From contig OX597831.1 in the NCBI GenBank assembly GCA_951406725.2, positions 81,778,001 through 81,842,000 of the forward strand: DNA of 64,000 bases. Direction: 5' to 3'. Source of the DNA: Octopus vulgaris. Its lineage: Eukaryota. A program made the translations under genes and the position numbers. Positions within the stretch are counted from its first letter, which is position 1. Every line of letters begins with the position of its first letter. The notes beneath the pieces were generated by a model that did not search any database, was not told the origin of the DNA, and was given only the letters and a program-made list of their open reading frames with translations. Shown here piece after piece: positions 57,422-64,000 of this stretch.

Positions 57422-59084
57422 TTGTTATATGCGTGCAAAGGATATTTGACAAAATAATTAGAAAGATTGATAAAAAAGACAATTTTTTTAAACACAACTG
57501 TACGATTGATGTTTTTTATAAAATTTTTCTGATTAATGCTTTAATGCTCAGAATGTATATATATTGCTTATGAGTGTATGTATAAAACAATATTTGCATG
57601 TGGAAATCTCAAGGAAAGACACTCCAACATGACCCTCACTGCTATACATGCTAGTCTAATAATTTTAACCATTTTAATTCATCTATCAGGAACTGACTTC
57701 AAGTTCTGATATCATTGAGCAGAAGTGATATTAACATTTCCCCAGGATAGGATGCTGATCCTGCCAATACTGTCATACTCTACTGTGGTAGCTGCTTACC
57801 ATTAATTTATTTATCCTACATTGTAGTACCTCATATAACCACTTGACTGTGTACGTCTCATTGAGGTACCTAGTAACTGCTCGGTTCTTTTCACTTCATT
57901 GAGGTACCTAGTTACAGTAATGGGTGAATGTAATTGGTGGCACAAAGTTGTTGCCATGAGGAAAAACCAAAAAGGAATTTTATAAAACAAAAAATAAAAA
58001 GTACAAAAAATACCCACTTCATTAATTCAATAAGTGGATAATTGAGACTTCACTGAAATCTTTCCTCTCAACTTCAGAGTACTGTTAAAGTACACCAACC
58101 TAGTCTGGTGCTTGCAAGCTGACTCCAGACTAAACCTACAAGTGGAGAATCGATTTCTAAAGAGCCTTGCTAGCTAATGAAAATTCAACAATTATACAAT
58201 GCTCCTGCCATTTACAGTGATGACCTTTACATCAGCACAGACAGAAAAGGGCTGGTGCAGGGTAACTGAGAATGTCTTCTACATTTACAAGTGCACCCTG
58301 ATGGATATAGGAATGGACATTCTTTTGCCATTCCTGTTTCCCAATTCCCAATTCTCCAAACAATGACTCTCCTTATTTATTACAATTTATACAACTTCCT
58401 TCTCTGTAAACAAACAAGTTTCTCTGGCAATTAAAAAACAAAACCAATATCATTTATAATGAATAAAATTTCTAATCAGATAAATTCATTTACGGATGTA
58501 AATCTTGTTGTAATCCTTGATCTTACACAGAACTGGGATTACGGTTCCAAACATTTCCGTCCGGAAATTGTTCTTTTTTAAGTGTCAATGATCCCTAACT
58601 TGCTTCAGAAACATTATGTCATGCTGTGTTCTGTTCCACAATATTACATTATGCACCATTTCATCATCATCCTCATCATCTTCATTTAACTTCGGTTTTC
58701 CTTGCTGGCATGGGTTGGACAGTTTGACAGGACCTTGTAAGGCCAAGAACTGCACCAGGCTTCAGTTTCTATGGTTAGATGCCTTCTCTAATGCCAACCA
58801 CTTAACAAAGTGTATGTCTATATACATGCATATGTGTGTCTGTATTTATTTAAAAAAATTTTTGCAAAACGTTTTTGATTGTCAGAAAATTTGAAGAAAG
58901 TTTTTCCGAAAATAAAAATTATTAATAATAGTAAAACTGTTTAAAAATCAGAAAGGAAGTTTCCACAACCTGCATGTAAGCTCTGTTGCAGTTTTTCTAA
59001 ATACTAATGAAATAATCCGCATACATATATCATCATCATCATCGTTTAATGTCCGCCTTCCATGCTAACATGAGTGGGACGGTC

Positions 59085-59275
59085 TTTGTGCCAGTTCTAA
59101 ACTGTTCCTCTGTTTAAACTAAAGTTATGGGAGTATAAAGCGATTGATGCCTGACGAATGTACGGGAAACTATTAGGAGCACGATAAGTACATGCAGTTG
59201 AAACGTGTAGTAATATCAAACTCTCACTGGATGGAGTACTCTTTATATTGACTTTTATGCAGTTAATTGTTTATA
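59085..59275 (+). mobile_element. Penelope-type pLTR remnant with two tandem decayed HHR motifs
   Basis: CTGACGA...GAAACTATTA and CGATAAGTACATGCAGTTGAAACGTGTA. Confidence 0.5.
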
Positions 59276-59290
59276 TATATATATATCATA

Positions 59291-59571
59291 TGGAGGTGCA
59301 ATGGCCCAGTGGTTAGGGCAGTGGATTCGTGGTCGTAGGATCGCGGTTTCGATTCCCAGACCGAGCGTTGTGAGTGTTTATTGAGCGAAAACGCCTAAAA
59401 CTCCGGCAGGGGGTGGTGGCGATCCTTGCTGTACACTTTCGCCACAACTTTCTTCTGTCGGCCTGCTCGCGTAGCCAGTGGGGTGGTGTCATTTGAAGGC
59501 TAAAACAATGTGAAGCGCATTGTGACCAGCGATGTGTAGCAACATCTGATAGCCTGGTCGGTGATGGTGAT
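59291..59571 (+). mobile_element. SINE family C, full length, CpG-decayed
   Basis: Aligns to 16629-16927. Confidence 0.92.
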
Positions 59572-59794
59572 ATATATGTATGTATATATATATATATCAT
59601 TATATGAACACATATGCATGCATGTAAACATGTAAACATGTGTAGGCACATGTATGTAAATGTGCCAACCATCAAATTTAATGGAATATAAAGACAATTG
59701 GATGAAAATATTTACTTCTTCAGACGCAGCCACAACTTCTACTTCTCATGGCTTTAGATTTCTGCCTAAAAACTTTGGCCAAACTTCAGTATGT

Positions 59795-60128
59795 TTCTAA
59801 ATGTCAATTAACATTTTAATTAACAATACATATTTATGTATAATTAATCATATTTCTGCACATAAATGTTACTTGAGCTTGATTTTTCTTGCAAATGTTA
59901 ATTAACAAACCATGTTAATTAATAGCAAGTATTTATGCATAATTAATCATATTCCTACATGCAAATATTATCTGAGCTTCGATTTTGCTTCTAAATGTTA
60001 ATTAACAATCCATATTAATTAGCAGTCATTTTGTTTTTGGCTAATTAATCACATTTCTTTATGTAAACATTATTCACACTTCCCTTTAGATTCTGAATGT
60101 TAATTAACAACCAATGTTAATTAAGAAT
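59795..60128. repeat. Degenerate ~100-bp tandem repeat (~3.3 copies), TTAATTAA-rich
   Basis: AATGT(T/C)AATTAACA recurs at about 59800, 59894, 59994 and 60096. Confidence 0.75.
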
Positions 60129-60594
60129 CTTTTGTTTCCAGCAATTAACAGCCAGTAATTTTGGTATTTTCAGATAAAACCACAAAACAAAAATAATATT
60201 TGATAGCACTTTCTGTAAGCTAATTCTTTAAGTGGAATGACAAAAGTATGCAAGATTCTTATAAAGTTTAGCAATTAATTCCATTCCGCACAGTCATTGC
60301 TGTCAAAATGGCAATCATGGTAATTTGTCTCCTAATCACGTGTGTGCGTGCGTGTAACCAAAACACATGGGATGGAAGAATATTCGGAGAGAGACTGAGG
60401 GAGGAGTAAGAAGGGGAAGCTACGTATTTGGGGAAGGAGAGTTAATGGGAAATTTAAGGAGAAATGGAAAAGAATAACAGCAGACTTATTGAAATGTTGA
60501 TGGAGAGAGTAAAAACAGAGACAAAAACCATACATGTGTGTGTGTATATATACTGAAACATTTTTAAGGATTTAAGGATATATATATATATAGC

Positions 60595-61275
60595 TCGCTA
60601 TGCTACATGGCAATGAAACATGGACTGTGACTGCAGAGGACATGCAAAAGCTTGAAAGAAGCTAGCATGCTTCACTGGATGTGCAGTGTCAGGGTGCATG
60701 TACGACAGAGGGTAAGCATCTTGAGAAAAAAAATTAGGCACAAGAGGCATCGGATGTGGTGTGCAAGAGAGACGGCTATGTTGGTATGGTTACGTGATGA
60801 ATATGGACGAGGACAGCTGTGTAAACAAAAGTGCTGATCTCTAACTGCGGAGGGAACCTGTGGAAGAGGTAGACCCAGGAAGACATAGGATGAGGTAGTG
60901 AAGGATGATCTTTGAACGTTGGGCCTCACAGAGGTGATGACAAGTGACCAAGAGCTCTGGCAATATGCTGTGAGAGAGGAGACTCGTTAGGCCAAGTGGA
61001 ATCATTGTTGTGGCCATGCTGATGTCATGTAAATGGCACCCACCCATGAATTGTAGTCATGGTCATTGCTGATGTCATGTAAATGGCACCTGTGCCGGTG
61101 GTACGTAACTGCACCCATTACACTCCAGGAGTGGTTGGCATTAAGATGGGCATCCACCTGTAGAAACCATGCAAAAGCAGACTGGAGAACCTGGTGCAGT
61201 TCTCTGGCTCAGCAGCTCCAGTCAAACCATCTAAACCATGCAAGCATGGACATTAAATGGTGATGGTGATGATGA
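60595..61275 (+). mobile_element. RTE-clade LINE 3' end, decayed
   Basis: MLHGNETWTVTAEDMQKL, SMLHWMC, GRGRPRKT; ends in (TGA)n. Confidence 0.85.
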
Positions 61276-61392
61276 TATATATATTTATATATAAATTAGA
61301 AAAAAACACCTTTTATCAATTCAAAATTAAAAATTAAATTACACCATCTAAATTGGATTTTTCCCTGTAAGTTTGGAATAATATTCCCTCAA

Positions 61393-61457
<65 letters not shown>

Positions 61458-61789
61458 TGATCATCATCATTTAGTATCTGTGTTCCATGCTGCATGGGTT
61501 GGATGGTTTGACAGGATCCAACAGGCTGGAAGACTGCATCAAGCTCCAACGTCTGTTCTGGCATGTTTCCTACCACTTGATGCCCTTCCTAATGCCAACC
61601 ACTTTACTAAATGCACCACACCTATTTACATACATTCACATATTGCTTATAGTTTGTAAATATTTAAAACTTTATAATACAAAATATGATATTTAATATA
61701 AATTTGTAGAAACAGAAGTGATGTTATCTGTGACAGATAATTCAAACAGCCCCCTACACAACCATTCCCCATACTAACAACTACAGCTC

Positions 61790-62370
61790 CAAGGGCTTAC
61801 ATCCACAGAACAGATGGAAGGTGATTTGGAGAAACAGCTAAAATTTCCAACACATATTATGCAGACCTTGGTGAGGACCAGATATCATTGTGGTTTCCAA
61901 GACAACAAAGTTAATATTTTTAGAGCTAACTGGGCCCTGGAAGGAGAGGATGTAAGACGTGCATTGGAGAGAGAGAGAGAGCTTAGTAGCAGAAGTTGGT
62001 AATGAACTGCTGCAAGAAAGAGTAGGGAATGAGACATTTGCCAGTGGATGGTGGCAGTCAAGGATTTGTAGGTTGTACCCTGAGTAAGGCCTATGGAACC
62101 CTGGGCTTTACAGAAAGAAGCAGCAGAAGAGCCATCAAATACAACATAGAGGTTGCTAAGAAAGCACTTCAATGGGCCTGGTTGAAAAGTGGTGATGATT
62201 GAGGGTCAGTGGAATACCATTTGGACACTGGTCAAGGGTTGACCAATCTGGGTTAGATTGTTAGGATGAGGGTGGGTATATGTTGTAAGATGCAAAACAA
62301 CAAGTCAACCCAGGATACAACACTGATGATGGGTCAAAGTATCTGTTGATGGATACAGAACAATAAAAAA
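61790..62370 (+). pseudogene. Hero-clade LINE REL endonuclease and 3' UTR remnant
   Basis: DLEKQLKFPTHI, PDIIVVSKTTKLIFLELTGPWKERM, QWAWLK. Confidence 0.75.
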
Positions 62371-63485
62371 TAAATGGATTACGTAATAGAGTAAATTGTG
62401 TAATAATTTAAATGTTGATTGCATAAAATTGCTGAGTGTATAATTATGGATTAAGTAATAATATAGACTTTATTGGTAATAATTAAAATAACAAGATTTG
62501 CAGCTAACTCTACTAAATAAGTGGACACATCTGAAGGTATTGGTATAAAAATGAAAAATACAAAAATGTATTGCTGTAGTTATTGTTTAGCCCCAGGTCA
62601 GCCCTGAGCAAGCAGACCAAAGGTGAAAGACATTCCAGCCTTGACCATTCTGTCATTTTGTATATTTTGGACTACATTGTTTTTTATGTTTCCTTTGTTT
62701 TAAGGTGGTAAGTGTAATTTGAGGGGAATTTGGCTGCTAGTTTTAGCAATGTGGGCAGCAAAGTGATTTTGTTACTCAGATGTATGTATGTATGTGTGGA
62801 TATGCTGTGTAGAGTCAATACTCCGTGCTTGTGTGTGGTAAAAATAATAAGTGTTTTTTAAGGCTACACTAAGTGTCTCAACTGATGTAAGTCAGAGACT
62901 GCTTACAGTAGAATCATGATGGAAATTCATAGAAATAACGAATAAAAGCAAAATATCTTTGGAATGAAAAAAAAAATACAAAAGAAAAATGATTCTTCAT
63001 CATCATCCTCATCCTCCTCCTCATCATCATCATCATTATTATCACTATCATTATCATCAACAAGCTCATTTCACATCTGCTTTTCTGATGCTTGTAATGG
63101 GTTGGATGAAAAAACAAAATATCAAAATATATTTTCAAATGTATGAACTGACAGTTCTCTATGTGTGTATGCATATAGGTATGTGTGTGTGAGTGTGTGT
63201 TTATGTGTTTATGTGTGTGTATTATGTAGACATATGTGTGTGTGTGTATACATGTGTATATATCTGTGTGTGTAATTTTGTTCACCTATGTATGTGTGTG
63301 TGTTTGCAGGCATGTTTTTATATGCAATGTGAATACATGCTGTTTTTCATTATCTACATTGTGTGTGTATGTGCATGTGTGCATGTGTGTGTGTCTGTGT
63401 GTGTGTACATATATATATAAGTATAACTATATCTACACATGTATATGCTTCTATACACACGAGTCCCTAATCTAGAGCCGAACGC

Positions 63486-63563
63486 TCACAAACCCTTGTT
63501 GCAGTAGACATACTCCTCTGTTGTTAAACCACGAATCTCAGCTTCCATTTTCTCAACACGGAT
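63486..63563 (-). CDS. Candidate coding exon of an unidentified host gene (IRVEKMEAEIRGLTTEEYVYCNKGL*)
   Basis: Strong acceptor TTTCTCTCTTACAG and an open protein-like frame. It could instead end at the internal donor GA|GTATGT. Confidence 0.55.
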   Translation of the reverse strand: MRVEKMEAEIRGLTTEEYVYCNKGL

Positions 63564-63951
63564 CTGTAAGAGAGAAATCACAACATCAGAGAACAACTAG
63601 ATGCAACTGGTTAATTACTGGTACTGCTTTGTATGCATGAGCTATTGTTGTATATTAGAGTTGTTGTTGTTGTTGAGTCATCAGTCAAATCTAATTAATC
63701 AGACCTATGATTCCAGCCATGACCATCCTGTCCTTTACGGATATCTACAACTATATTAAACAATGCATGGCTCTTTTTGATTTTAAAGATGGCACACTGA
63801 GCTTTTAGAAAGATTTGGCTGTTATTTCTAATAGTTCGGCAACCACATAGAGAGTGCCTTGTTAGCTTCTATTTCATTATTACACACACACACACACACA
63901 CAGGTACATATACACTATACAAATACACATACATTATATTCATTCAAGTAC

Positions 63952-64000
63952 ATATTTGAATGGAGAATTATGAGAGGCAGGATTTTCCAGATGGATGCTC
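63952..64000 (-). CDS. Candidate upstream exon, partial (SIHLENPASHNSPFKY)
   Basis: Open frame ending in phase 0 at a weak donor GTACTT, in phase with the 63563 exon; runs off the window. Confidence 0.35.

Noticed and set aside
57815-57880. Possible let-7-family pre-miRNA (TGAGGTA with inverted TACCTCA)
   Set aside because: Only about 8 bp pair; there is no extended precursor stem.
58520-58600. Possible terminal coding exon on the minus strand
   Set aside because: Several short frames are equally plausible and the acceptor is weak.

Overview
AT-rich eukaryotic DNA dominated by microsatellites and transposable elements. The repeat landscape (tRNA-derived SINEs, RTE, Dong/R4, Hero, Penelope-like, mariner and Helitron elements, very dense SSRs) is most consistent with an Octopus (coleoid cephalopod) genome; this rests on my recognition of the repeats, not on a search. 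Nearly all ORFs in the supplied track are microsatellite artefacts. Recognisable protein-coding remnants are all transposon-derived: two mariner pseudogenes, RTE/Dong/Hero LINE fragments and Penelope RT/GIY-YIG fragments. The only plausible host gene is a minus-strand 3' end: candidate exons at 63952-64000 and 63486-63563, a CpG-depleted body, and a polyA signal near 57302. The most unusual signal is a set of non-coding palindromic or directly repeated elements, all embedded in (TA)n, that carry hammerhead ribozyme (HHR) motifs. One is an apparently intact minimal HHR in the loop of a ~90-bp-arm inverted repeat (54852-55102). Next to it is an 845-bp-period direct-repeat element with a permuted HHR-like core, a Penelope-pLTR/retrozyme-like architecture.
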